Positions 1 to 11,519 of a stretch of 64,000 bases of DNA are shown here, one piece after another. The DNA lies in contig JANHCV010000010.1 in the NCBI GenBank assembly GCA_025594325.1, positions 1,178,001 through 1,242,000 on the forward strand, written 5' to 3'. The translations under genes were made by a program, and so were the position numbers. The notes below the pieces were generated by a model. It was not told the origin of the DNA. It did not search any database and saw nothing but the letters and a program-made list of their open reading frames with translations. The stretch's first letter is position 1. Every line of letters starts with the position of its first letter. Source of the DNA: Blastocladiella emersonii ATCC 22665. Lineage: Eukaryota > Fungi > Blastocladiomycota.

Positions 1-2518
1 GTCCGACGCGGCCGCTGCTGGCGACGCCAGTCCTTCGGCTGCCGCCGCCGCCGCCGCCAAACCCCCGCCGACGGCGGCGCCCATGACGACGCTGCAGCGC
101 GAGATCAACGCGTTCGTCAAGATCATCGCCATGATCTCTTTGACGACCGCCAGCGTGTGTCTGGCGTGGTACTTTGCGTTCCTGCACGTGCGGTTCCCGC
201 GGTTCCTCGACACCCCGACGGCGCTGTCGACCGTGGCGGGCATCCTCGTCGCGTACGTGCCCGAGGGCCTGCCGATCGCGACCACGCTCGCGCTGTCGAT
301 CGTCGCGCGCCGGCTGCTCGGCCACCGCGTGCTCGTCAAGAACCTCGCCGTCGTCGAGACCCTCGGGTGCTGCAGCGTGCTGTGCTCCGACAAGACAGGC
401 ACGCTCACGACGAATGTGATGAGCGTCAACTCGGTCGCGGTCGGTGTCGCGGACGCGGCGGTCCCGGTGGCCGAGATTACGGCGACGTCGCCGGCTGCGA
501 TCGCGCTCACGACCGCCGCCATCGTGTGCAACGGGTCGCGGTTCGACGGGCCCGCGTCGGACCCCGTCGCGACGCGCCGCATCGTCGGCGACCCGACCGA
601 CGCGGCGCTGTTCCGGTTCGGCCACATGCACACGCCCGCGGACGTCGCGGCGGGCGCCGACGCGCTGCTGCGCCTCGCGCACGTGCCGTTCAACTCCAAG
701 ACCAAGCGCATGGTGACGGTCGTCGGTGCCGGCGGCGCGGCGTCCGAGTCGGCGGCGGCGACTCTGCGTGTCCTCGCGGGCGCACCGGCCGAGCAGGTCC
801 TCCTCGTCAAGGGCGCGCCCGACTACCTCCTCCCGCTCGCGCGGCGGTACATCTCGGCCGACGACGGGACCGAGCGCCCGCTGACCGCCGCCGCCGCCGC
901 GCAGCTCGCGCGAACCCAAGCCGCGCTCTCCGCGCGCGGCGAGCGCGTGATCCTCCTCGCGCGGCAAGTCCCCCCCGCGCCGTTCCCCACCGACGACGAC
1001 ACCGTCGACCGCGACGCGTGGCTCAACACGACGCTCGCGGACCACGGGCTGACGGTGCTCGGTCTCGTCGGGCTTGTCGACCCGCCGCGGCCCGAGATCC
1101 CGGGCGTCGTGCGCGCGCTGCGCGGCGCGGACGTGCGCGTGTTCATGGTCACGGGCGATTTCCCGGCCACGGCGGCGGCGATCGCGCGCGCCACGGGGAT
1201 CGTGACGCGGGACGTCGTGCACTCGGCCGAGGAGCTGCGCGAGCGCGTGCGCCGCATGGCGCGCGAGCCGTGTGCGGCCGCGGCCGGTGGGGGTAAGCAG
1301 AAGAAGAAGGGCGATCGGTCCACGACGATACTCACCATGGCGGCGGCGGCCGCGGCTGGAGCGGCTGGGGAAGGCGACGAGGTGCCGTACGCGCTGACGC
1401 CGCTGCCCGCGTCGGCGTCGGACTCTGAGCGCGCGGGGCGTGTGTACCGCGACGCGGCGCTGGTTCTGTCGGGTGCCGATTTAACCGGGATGACGGCGGC
1501 GCAGTGGGCGGCGGCGTGCGACTACGACGAGTTGGTATTTGCGCGGACGACGCCCGAGCAGAAGCTGCGGATCGTGCAGGCGCTGCAGGCGCGCGGCGAG
1601 ACGGTGGCGGTGACGGGCGACGGGGTCAACGACGCGCCGGCGCTCAAGAACGCGGACCTCGGGATCGCCATGGGCAGCGGGGCCGATGTCGCCATGGCGG
1701 CCGCCGACATGGTGTTCCTCGACAGTAACTTCTCGGCCATGGTCATGGCGCTGCGGCTCGGGCGCGCCGTGTTCGAGAACCTCAAGAAGGTGTGCCTGTA
1801 CCTGCTGCCCGCGGGGAGTTTCTCGGAGCTCACACCCGTCCTCGCCAACCTGTTCCTGGGCGTCCCGCTCCCGCTGTCCGGGTTCCTCATGATCATCGTG
1901 TGCGTCGTCACGGACCTGTTCCCGTCGCTCGCGCTGGTGCTCGAGGACGCCGAGGCCGACCTGCTCGCGCGCGCGCCGCGCCGCCCGGGCCGCGACGCCA
2001 TGGTCAACTCGCGCCTGCTCCTGCACGCGTACGCGTTCGTCGGCGTCGTCCAGTCGGTTCTCGCGCACGGCATGTACTTTCTGTACATGTACCGCGAGTG
2101 GGGGCTCGCGCCCGGCGCGCTGTTCCTCGCGTTTGACCGGTTCACGCCCGAGACCACCAACCTCGCGCAGGCGGACCTCGACGCGGCGGTGCGCGGCGCG
2201 CAGTGCGCGTACTTTGTCGCGCTCGTGATCCTGCAGTTCGGCAACCTCCTCGCGACGCGCACGCGCCGCGCGTCGATCGTCACGCAGCCGCCGACGCGCA
2301 ACCCGGCGCTGTTCGCCGCCATGGCGGCGTCCGCGGGCGTCGCGGCGATCGTCGTTTACGCGCCGCCCGTCCAGGACCTGATCGGCACGTACCCGATCCC
2401 GGCGCTGTACTGGCTCGTACCCGCCGCGCTCGCGCCCGTGATCCCGGTCCTCGACGAGGTCCGCAAGGCCGTCGTGCGCCGGTGGCCCGCGTCGCGTGTC
2501 GCGCGGATCGCGTGGTGA
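1..2518 (+). CDS. Type IIC P-type ATPase (Na+/K+-ATPase-like, fungal ACU-type), 5' end outside the window
   Basis: Frame is open from the window edge. Motifs AYVPEGLP (TM4), CSDKTGTLT (phospho-Asp), KGAPD, MVTGD and TGDGVNDAP. TM5 reads YLLPAGSFSE, resembling fungal ACU ATPases. Confidence 0.92.
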   Translation, partial: SDAAAAGDASPSAAAAAAAKPPPTAAPMTTLQREINAFVKIIAMISLTTASVCLAWYFAFLHVRFPRFLDTPTALSTVAGILVAYVPEGLPIATTLALSIVARRLLGHRVLVKNLAVVETLGCCSVLCSDKTGTLTTNVMSVNSVAVGVADAAVPVAEITATSPAAIALTTAAIVCNGSRFDGPASDPVATRRIVGDPTDAALFRFGHMHTPADVAAGADALLRLAHVPFNSKTKRMVTVVGAGGAASESAAATLRVLAGAPAEQVLLVKGAPDYLLPLARRYISADDGTERPLTAAAAAQLARTQAALSARGERVILLARQVPPAPFPTDDDTVDRDAWLNTTLADHGLTVLGLVGLVDPPRPEIPGVVRALRGADVRVFMVTGDFPATAAAIARATGIVTRDVVHSAEELRERVRRMAREPCAAAAGGGKQKKKGDRSTTILTMAAAAAAGAAGEGDEVPYALTPLPASASDSERAGRVYRDAALVLSGADLTGMTAAQWAAACDYDELVFARTTPEQKLRIVQALQARGETVAVTGDGVNDAPALKNADLGIAMGSGADVAMAAADMVFLDSNFSAMVMALRLGRAVFENLKKVCLYLLPAGSFSELTPVLANLFLGVPLPLSGFLMIIVCVVTDLFPSLALVLEDAEADLLARAPRRPGRDAMVNSRLLLHAYAFVGVVQSVLAHGMYFLYMYREWGLAPGALFLAFDRFTPETTNLAQADLDAAVRGAQCAYFVALVILQFGNLLATRTRRASIVTQPPTRNPALFAAMAASAGVAAIVVYAPPVQDLIGTYPIPALYWLVPAALAPVIPVLDEVRKAVVRRWPASRVARIAW

Positions 2519-3237
2519 TTTGCGGTTAGGGGTTTCTGTACACTATATCACGGTTTGTTCTTGATCTCGTGCATGATGGTATTTTCAGGTCAGGGTGACG
2601 CGCGCGACGCGTCGAGTTTCATCGTGTCTCGCACCTGCCTCGGCCGCGTGAAGAGCCGCGCGAGGGACCCCCATCACGTGTGGTCCTTGGCAGGAGACAC
2701 ACGCGTCCGTCACGCCTGCGCGAGATAACGCGCGGCGCCACGCGACGCGCCGCTGTGCCGCACCACCGGCCGGCCGGGACGGACACGCTAAGTCGCTCCC
2801 GCCCGCTCTCTCCCCGCACTCTCCTCGGATGCACCCGTGGAAGCCCTCCTGCGACGACAGCGACATCAAGTTTTGAACACCCGCATCTGCTTGGACCACC
2901 GATCCCGACTCCGTGCACGCGCACTGCGCAGTACGTAGCTCTCGCCTGCTCCATCGGCCGCGGCGGGGTCGGGCGAATGCGGAGGTCAAGGTGTGGCGCG
3001 GTGGCGGAAGCTTCGATAACGCTTCTCGGCGCCTGTCGCCGTTTGCATGGCCAGCCGAGCCACAGCCACACTTGCCTGCCTCTGTCGCTCGAACGTGTGC
3101 CGCTTCTGCGGGTCTACCTGCGCGTCCTTGTTGTCCCTCCCTATAAGAACCCCGCCGCCCCGCTCGCCCTCTCTGATCCGCTCACTTACACTCACCCCGC
3201 CGTACCCGCACCCGCACTCGTCCAGCGACCCTCCACG

Positions 3238-6200
3238 ATGCCCAAGGACAAACAGAAAAAGGCGACGAGCCTCGCGCTCGACGAGCACCGGCTGACGCTC
3301 GACGAGGTGTGCGCGCGGTACAAGACGAGCGCCGACCCGGTGCACCCGGCGCAGTCGGCGGGGCTCACGCCCGACGAGGCCGCTCGCCGGCTCGCGACCG
3401 ACGGGCCCAACCTCATGGCGCCGCCCAAGACCAAGCACCCGCTGCTCCGCTACCTCGAGTGCCTCCTCGCCCTCTTCAACTTCCTCCTGCTCGTCGCCGC
3501 CGCCTTCACGTACCTGCTCTACGGCCTCGACCCCGTCAGCAACTACGCCAACATCTACACGGGCTCGATCCTCGTCGCCGTCGCCTTCCTCAACGCCTTC
3601 ATCGAGTACTACCAGGTCGCCAAGTCCGAGGCCGCTCTGCGCGCCTTCCTCGTACGTTTACCGCCGCTATGCTCCGCGGTGATCCGACCGACCACTCATT
3701 CCCCCCGATCGTGCGTGCGCGTGTGTAGAACATGATCCCGGCCAAGGCCACGGCCGTGCGCGGCGGCCAGCTCGTCGTCGTCCCCGCCTCGGACCTCGTC
3801 AAGGGCGACGTGGTCTTCGTGCGCATGGGCGACAAGGTGCCCGGTGACGTGTTCCTGTTCAAGACGGCCGACATGAAGGTCGACAACGCGTCGCTGACGG
3901 GCGAGTCGGAGCCGCAGGACCGCTCCCCCGTCAACACGCACGAGGCCGCCCTCGAGGCGACCAACCTCGCCTTCAACTCGACGCTCGTCGTGGCCGGCGA
4001 GGGATACGGTATCGTGGTGCGCACGGGCGACGACACGGTCATCGGCCAGATCGCCAACATGACCCAGACCGAGACCAAGCGCGTGTCGCCGCTCACCGAG
4101 GAGATCGAGGGCTTCGTCAAGTTCATCGGCTCGCTCGCCGTGCTCTGCGCCATCATCTTCTTCATCATCGCCCAGGTCAAGACCAAGGATATCGGCATCT
4201 CGTTCAACTTTGCCGTCGGTGTGCTCGTCGCCTGGGTCCCCGAGGGTCTCCCCGGCACCGTCACCATGCTGCTCACCATCGCCGCCAAGCGCATGGCCGG
4301 CCAGCAGGTGCTCGTCAAGGACCTGACGGGTGTCGAGACGCTCGGCGCCATCACGCTGCTCGCCACGGACAAGACCGGCACGCTCACGCGCAACCAGATG
4401 ACCGTCTCCAACGTGTGGACCCACTTTAAGACGTTTGCGCTCGTCGCGGACGTGCGGTCGCTGCAGGACGGCGAGATCGCCTTCGACTCGTCGGTCAAGG
4501 GGATCAACGACGTGATGAACATCTCGGCGCTGTGCTCGCGCGCGCGGTTCGACAACGTCAACGTGCCCATCGACCAGCGCGAGATCATTGGCGACGCGAC
4601 CGAGTCGGGCCTGTACCGCCTCGCCACGCAGAAGATCCGCGATTTCGACCAGCTCGCCGACAAGTACCCCAAGGTGCTCGAGATCCCCTTCAACTCGGAC
4701 ACCAAGTGGCACATGTCCATCCACAAGATGGCCCACGCCAAGGGGCCCTTCACCATGTACATCAAGGGCGCGCCCGAGCGCGTGCTGCGCATCTGCTCGA
4801 CGATCCTCGACGACAACGGCGACACGATCCCGCTCACGGACGAGCACAAGATCCAGTTCAACACGGCCTACGAGTACATGGCGTCCAAGGGCCACCGCGT
4901 GCTCGCCTTCGCCAAGTTCGAGCTGCCCGGCACCGAGTACCCCGAGTCGCACGTCTTCGACAAGGACGCCAAGAACTTCCCGATGAGCAACCTGACCTTC
5001 GTCGGGCTCGCCTCGCTCGAGGACCCGCCCAAGCACGGCGTGCGCGAGGCCGTCGGCAACTGCCGCCGCGCCGGCATCAAGGTCGTCATGGTCACGGGCG
5101 ACCACCCGCTCACGGCCGAGGCCATTGGCCGCAAGATCAACCTCATGATTTCGGACACCAAGGAGAAGGTCGCCAAGAAGGCCGGGATCCCCGTCGCCGA
5201 CGTGCGCGAGGAGGACGTCAAGGCCATCGTCATCCACGGCGAGAAGATCGACTCGCTCACCGAGGAGGACTGGGACATCATCTTCTCCAAGGACGAGATC
5301 ATCTTCGCCCGCACCTCGCCCAAGCACAAGCTCCAGATCGTCAAGCGCGCCCAGGCCATGGGCCACATTGTCGGTGTCACCGGCGACGGCGTGTACGTGT
5401 TTTCTCGCTTCGCGTGGACTTGACGATCACGAGAACCGATTACTCACCTGCCGTCTGCCGAATGTAGTAACGACTCGCCCGCGCTCAAGAAGGCCGACCT
5501 CGGTATCGCCATGAACGTGTCCGGGTCCGACGTGTCCAAGGAGGCGGCCGCCATGATCCTGCTCGACGACAACTTCGCGTCCATCATCAACGGCATCCGC
5601 GAGGGCCGCCTCATCTTCTTCAACCTCAAGAAGTCGCTCCGCTACGTGGTCACGCACTCGATCCCCGAGGTCCTGCCGCAGCTCCTGTACGTCGTGGTCC
5701 CGCTGCCCGTCGGCCTCAACGCCCTGCAGATCATCGCCATCGATCTCGGCTTCGAGCTGTTCGCCGCGCTGTCGTACGCGTACGAGCCGCCCGAGTCGGA
5801 GACGCTCATGAAGCTGCAGCCGCGCCGCCCGGTTGACGGCGAGTCGATCGAGCACCTGCGCGCGCGGCGCGAGTTCGACAACCGGTTCAAGAACTTTGCT
5901 GGCGGCGACACGACCGACGAGAACGAGATTGTGCGTCCGCTGACGTTCGGCGAGCGCATGAAGCGGCTCACGTCGGGCGAGTTCTGGTCCAAGTGGGCGT
6001 TCGCGTCGGCCGACGGCGACATGCTCGTGGACTGGAACACGCTGTCGTGGTCGTACCTCGAGGCGGGCGTCATCCAGTACGTCGGGGCCCAGATCGCCTT
6101 CTTCGTCGTCTTCTACATGTACCAGACCAAGGACAAGGTGCAACTCAAGATCACGCCCACGGACCTGTTCAACTGCGCGTCCAACGAGGGCTGGACCGGC

Positions 6201-6629
6201 AAGAAGAGCTGCACGCTCGGCAACGGCATGGTGTACTCGGTCGCCGACCAGAACGAGTCGCTCGCCCAGGCCCAGTCGGTCTGGTTCTTCGGCATCTTCG
6301 TCATGCAGGCGTGGAACCTCTTCGCGTGCAAGTGCCTCATGAGTTCGCCCTTTACGATGCACGTGCTCAAGAACAAACATACGTTCTCAAGTTTGGTCGG
6401 CGGCCTGGCCATTTCCGTGCTCGTGGTGTACTGTCCCGGCATCAACACGGCGTTCGGCTGCTCGTCCTGGCTCAACCCGCTCTACATCCTCATCCCGTTC
6501 GGCGTCGGCATGGTCCTGTTCCTGTACGCCGGCCTGCGCCACTGGATCAAGATGCGCTTCAACCCCATCAAGTTCAACCCCGAGCCGCTCGGCCTCCAGA
6601 TGCACCCGACCCGCTGGTCGCACGCGTAG
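3238..6629 (+). CDS. Type IIC P-type ATPase (Na+/K+-ATPase alpha-like), 3 exons
   Basis: Exons 3238-3651, 3729-5392 and 5468-6629; GTACGT..AG introns restore the frame (TGDG-V-NDSP is split by intron 2). Motifs VDNASLTGESEP, AWVPEGLP, DKTGTLT, KGAPE, MVTGDH and IDLGFELFAALSYAYE. Confidence 0.95.
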
Positions 6630-7196
6630 GGGGAGCGTCGGCGGGCCGCGGCGCGTGGTCGTGGTATGTGGCGTGGTGTGTTCTCTCGCTCGTTTGTTTT
6701 CCGCGGTGGCGACGCGCGTCGGTCGCCTCGGCCGTCGCGACCCGCTGCCCCCACCAAGCTCTTTCTCTATATACATATACAGTAGCATCATCATCGATTG
6801 ATTGCGCTCGACTTGGCGCTCGTGGCGAAGTGTCCATCGTGGTCAGGGCAGGGCCATGGTCGCGATCGCCCACAAACCAACGCGTCGCGCGACGAGCCAG
6901 CTCGGCCCTGGCCACTTCCCGCGCGTCAAACGCTCAAGGGCCCCCGCAAGCCGTGCCGTTGTGGTCAGAAATTTGTTGCTGAATGCTGCGGATGGGATGC
7001 CACCCTTACGGACGAAGAAGGGAGTCGACCCGCCCGCCAATCATGTGGCGGACGCGACCCAGGGGACGCGCTGCGCCACAATAGCAAGTCCCAGCATGGT
7101 TCCTGCTAGGTGCAACGGGACAGAACCGTTAACGAATGCCACTAAAATATATATTGAGGGAGACCGCGCAACAAAGGAACTCGGAATCGCGAGGAA

Positions 7197-8999
7197 TCAG
7201 TCCCAATCGGACCCATCCGATTCTCCATCACCACCGTCTTCTTCGTCAGAGCCGTCGTCTGAATTGGGCTCCGAGCCCGACTCGAGGCCGTCGTCCATTG
7301 ACGGAAAATGGACGCCAATGAGCGTGGTGGGTGCCGCATTGAGAATCGCTGCTTCGCCATCGTCAAGGGAGATGCAAGTCCCGTCAAGCAGAAGCTCCTC
7401 AAGGGCCGGTGGAAGGTGCTGAGCGAGGATTCGCGCGCCATCGTCCGTGATATCAATATTGCGTGACAGAATGAGCAAGCGCAGGGTCGTGGGCAGCGCA
7501 GGCGCGAGGAAGGCGACCGCTTCGTCCGTAACATCTGCATCCGCGAGTTCCAGCGACTCGAGGCGGGGCGGCATGCACTGCGCAAGTGCGCGGACCCCGC
7601 GGGTGCCCATAGGGCTCCCGCTAAGGTTCAAGTGGAGCAGCGTATGCGGCAGCCGCCGAAACATGCACGCGGCGACGTGCGGTGACAGATCCGCATCCAT
7701 GAGAATCAACTGCTCAAGCCCAGCAGGAAGGCTCCGCGAAATCGAGCTCAGTAGGGCCGGGGTGAAGCGATCGACGCCGTGCGTCAAGTCGAGAGTCCGA
7801 AGGGTCGCTGGAAGGGCAGCGAGCAAGTACTCGGCGGCGGAGTTCGGTTGAGGGTGATCCGTTATGCGAGCGGACTTGAGGTGCAGCTCCTCGAGGTGGG
7901 GCGGCATCGCGTCGGCCAAGGCGCGCGCACCGTCCGAGCAAAGGAAAGTGGAATTGAGGAAGAGCTTTTTCACCGTCGCGGGGAATGACCAGCGCACAAT
8001 AGATTTCGAGTCACGGTTACCGAGCTTGTTGCCAATCAGGGAGAGCGACTCGAGCGCGGGCGGGAAGTAAGGCCCCATCTCGGCAAGGCCCGCGGCCGTG
8101 AGCTCGTTCTCGTCGAGATTGAGTTCGGTGACTGAATGCGGGAGACTCTTGAGGATGGCAAGAACAAGATGGTCGCCGTACTTGTTGAGTTTGATTTTAA
8201 GCGACTTGAGACCACGCGGCAAACGTTCGAGGAGTCGGGTGCCAAAGTACGCGTCGTGCGAGTTGACCGAAAAGTCGAGCTGCTCAAGCTGGGGCGGCGA
8301 CTGCCAAGAGTCGATCCAGCGCCGGTCAGCGGTTTGGAGAATCCACGAGATGCGGAGGCTAAGCGAAGTCAGCGTCGAGGGGAAGCGGAAGCGAGCAAGC
8401 CGCTCGCAGTCGATCGTGCTACCATCCAGGTTAAGCGAGACGAGGGCCTGGCTGGGGCTCGCCATGGCGGCGTTGAGGGCGTCAATCCCCTTGAGAGTGA
8501 CGGGCTGGAAGCGCACTGCAAGCTCAGTCTGCGTACCGGCAGCGATCGCGCCAACGGATGATAAAATGTCCGAGTCGGCTGGGGTTTTCTCGTTATGGTC
8601 GAAAATGGATAAGCCCAGGGCATTAAGCACATGAGTGTGGACAGCGTGTATCATGAACCTAGAAACCGGAATGTCCGCATCGCGAATCCAATCGATCGTA
8701 CAAAGCGGAGAGCCATTGAGCGTATCGGGCGTGCACTCGATCGGGACACTCAGCGCACGGTATTTGCTCAAAAGCGCGACGTGGCCCGTCCGCATGGCCT
8801 TGTCGGCCGTGTGGTAGCTCGAGTGACGCAAGATGGCCTTGTGCACGCGCGGGATAAGGTTCGCGTGCGTGACGCCGGCGATCTGCTGGAATCCGTCGAG
8901 GTCGTCGCGGCTGAGCGACCACACGGCGAAGCATAAAACGCGTTCAATCAGCTCGGGTATGTTGAGCGTGACGGTCATGTCCGTTTTCATTCGTTTCAT
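7197..8999 (-). CDS. LRR-1: F-box-like/ankyrin-like/RNI-type LRR protein, subfamily A, intronless, acidic tail
   Basis: 600-aa ORF with N-terminal IPELIERVL, about 12 LPxxLxxLxLxxNxI repeats and a C-terminal D/E/S tract ending SDWD. Confidence 0.88.
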   Translation of the reverse strand: MKRMKTDMTVTLNIPELIERVLCFAVWSLSRDDLDGFQQIAGVTHANLIPRVHKAILRHSSYHTADKAMRTGHVALLSKYRALSVPIECTPDTLNGSPLCTIDWIRDADIPVSRFMIHAVHTHVLNALGLSIFDHNEKTPADSDILSSVGAIAAGTQTELAVRFQPVTLKGIDALNAAMASPSQALVSLNLDGSTIDCERLARFRFPSTLTSLSLRISWILQTADRRWIDSWQSPPQLEQLDFSVNSHDAYFGTRLLERLPRGLKSLKIKLNKYGDHLVLAILKSLPHSVTELNLDENELTAAGLAEMGPYFPPALESLSLIGNKLGNRDSKSIVRWSFPATVKKLFLNSTFLCSDGARALADAMPPHLEELHLKSARITDHPQPNSAAEYLLAALPATLRTLDLTHGVDRFTPALLSSISRSLPAGLEQLILMDADLSPHVAACMFRRLPHTLLHLNLSGSPMGTRGVRALAQCMPPRLESLELADADVTDEAVAFLAPALPTTLRLLILSRNIDITDDGARILAQHLPPALEELLLDGTCISLDDGEAAILNAAPTTLIGVHFPSMDDGLESGSEPNSDDGSDEEDGGDGESDGSDWD

Positions 9000-9125
9000 G
9001 TAGTCTGGTAGAGACTAAACCACCCACGAGTGAGGAGAGAGGAAGAGCGCCGCGCGGGCGAGCGAGAGCCGGATATGGGGTGGCGACACGGGCAGCCTCG
9101 CCTGCCACTTCTGTCAAGCCTTGCG

Positions 9126-9147
9126 ATCAGGTGAGTGGCGCGGCGCG
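9126..9147. promoter_or_regulatory. Conserved upstream motif of LRR-1 (ATCAGGTGAGTGGCGCGGCGCG)
   Basis: Near-identical copies at 11482-11503 and 20545-20566, at similar distances from the paralog ATGs, while surrounding sequence diverges. Confidence 0.6.
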
Positions 9148-9550
9148 CTGCAGCCTTTCGTCCCCGTTACTGATTTCTCTTCAGCTTCAAGGCTATTCCT
9201 CGTCACACTGTGAGGTGGTGATGTCGTCGTGGGAGTGCTGGTTGGTTCACATCGTTGCGCATCATTGTTTTCGCTGAGAGCTCGTCGCCATCACACCCTT
9301 TCTCTCTAATCCGCTGTACGAAAGCTGTTTTCATCCCGTCTCAGACTCATAGAAGAGATTAAAAGAAATTAGTTTTGTTCATTGACTGCCGTAGCACGCT
9401 CAGTCACATGCACATGTGATGCTGCCAACAATGCGGCGCCTGGCTCGCCCTTGAGCGTGAATCCAACGGGACTGTCTGTTCTCCAAGATGGGCGAGAGCG
9501 AACACGATACCTTTCAAAGAAAACTGTATAGTTTGTCAAACATTGGGCAC

Positions 9551-11352
9551 CTAGCGGCGCTTCATGCGTACCTGCAGGTCCGTGAGCGATGCGGGCGCCG
9601 CATCACGGATTGCGAGGGCGCCATCGGCTGGTGAGATGCTGGTGAAGTTCAGCAGGAGCGACTCGAGGGCTGGCGGCAAGTGTTCGGCAAGTGTATATGC
9701 GCCCTTGTCCGTAATGCCTTCGTTGTTCGTGAGATCAAGCGAGCGTAGCGTTGCAGGCAGGGCGGGCGCGAGGAGGGCAACTGCATCGTCCGTTAGCCGG
9801 GTGTACTCGAGATCCAGCGTTTCAAGATTGGGCGGCATGCACTGTGCAAGCACACGGAGCCCGTGCGCGCCGATCACGTTTCGCCTGAGTTGAAGGTAGC
9901 GCAATGTGCGCGGCAGTCGCCGAAACATGTAAGCTGCATCCTTTTCTTTCAGGCCTACGGCCGCGAGAGCGAGCCGCTCGAGATTTGGCGGAAGGTTGCG
10001 CGAGAGTAACGCCAAGCATGGAGGGCTGGTGCAGGGATGGATGCAATGTGACAAGTCGAGGTCGCGCAGCGTTGCTGGGAGGGCAGAAATCAAAATCGTG
10101 TCGCCTGGTGCCAAAGTCTTGACAGACCGCATGTGTAGCTTTTCGAGGCTGGGTGGCATTGCATCGGCCAGAGCTCGCATACCGCTGGACGCGAGGTTAA
10201 TGTCATTGAGGACAAGCTCCTTGAGAGTGGCAGGAAGCGCCCAACGAACCGCAGAAGATGAGTCATTGACCCCAAGCCAATTGCCAGTCATAGAGAGCGA
10301 TACAAGCGCGGGCGGGAGATGTAGACACATGTTGGCAAATCCCACGGACGTGATCCGGTTGCTGTCAAGCCCGAGTTCAACCACGGACGGCGGAAGGCTT
10401 TCGAGGATGAACTGGAGCAGTTGATCGCCATATTCGTTGCCGCCAATTTTGAGCGACTTGAGCCCGCGCGGAAGACGCTCAACAAGCCGAGCACCAAAGT
10501 AAGCGTCTTTTGGGTTGCTAGAAAAGTCGAGGTGCTCGAGGTGCGGCGGCCATTGCCAGCTATTGAGCCAACGCCGATCTTTGTCTGAGGAGATCCAGGT
10601 GCAGCTGAGGTTGAGCGTCGTCAACGTCGAGGGAAACCGGAAGTGCGAGAGTCGCTCGCAATCAATCGTGCTGCCGCTCAAGTCCAGCGAGACGAGGGCC
10701 TGGTTGGGGCTCGCCATGGCGGCGTACAGGGCCTCGATCCCCTTGACGGTGACGGGCTGGAAGCGCACTGCAAGCTCAGTCTGCGTGCCAGCAGCGATTG
10801 CGTCAACGGCCGCAAAGATGGCCGAGTCGGCGGAAATGTGTTCGAACGAATCCTATTTGCGGCGAACCAGAGGAGCTTAAGCCGTTACGGTCTGCTTTAG
10901 AGCTCGGGGTGTGGCTTCCGTACCTCGCAACGGCTGCGTTGATTGCCTTCCTCAACTTTGGTGAAGCCGAGAGCAGCCATTACTTTTTGACCAACGAGTT
11001 TGGCCGAGACATGATCGAGATCGATGTCCGAGTCCCGAATCCAATCGAGAGTGCGCAACGGCGAGGCAAGAAGCGTCTCGCTGGAGAACTGGATTGGGAT
11101 GTCGCAGCTGACGAACTTGTCCAGACTCGCAACATGGCCAGCAACCAAAGCTCTATGCATCCTGTAGCGACGGAAGCGGCGCAAGATGGCCTTGTGCACA
11201 CGCGGGATAAGGCGCGGGTGCGTGACGTTGGCGATCTGCCACAAGCCGTAGAAGTCATCCGAGTCGAGCGACCATACCGCGAAGCACAAGATACGCTCGA
11301 TGACCTCGGGTATGTCAAGTACGAGTTGCGTGGCGGTTTGCATTAGCTTCAT
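9551..11352 (-). CDS. LRR-2: subfamily A LRR protein, 2 exons (576 aa)
   Basis: Exon 1 is 11352-10924 (MKLMQT...SRCE), then a phase-0 intron 10923-10853 (GTACGG..ATAG), then exon 2 10852-9551 in frame. Clear paralog of LRR-1 and LRR-4. Confidence 0.88.
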
Positions 11353-11481
11353 GTACGAAGAATTCATCGCGCGGCATAGCAGAGGGGCGAGGGTTGCCGA
11401 GCGACGAGATCGAGGAGCGGTCACAGCGAAGCTCAACCAGCCACACCCGATCGACCTGTCACGCCTATCCAAGCATCTACA

Positions 11482-11503
11482 ATCACGTGAGTGGCGCAAC
11501 GCG
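11482..11503. promoter_or_regulatory. Conserved upstream motif of LRR-2 (ATCACGTGAGTGGCGCAACGCG)
   Basis: E-box CACGTG followed by TGGCGC and ACGCG, about 130 bp upstream of the ATG; matches 9126 and 20545. Confidence 0.6.
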
Positions 11504-11519
11504 TCCCCTCTACGACGGT

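Noticed and set aside
157-6073. Many alternative-frame and antisense ORFs over the ATPases, and likewise over AK9, pol, 4CL, the carnitine acyltransferase and the cyclin
   Set aside because: These are shadow ORFs caused by extreme GC3 bias: Arg/Ala/Pro-rich, with no motifs.
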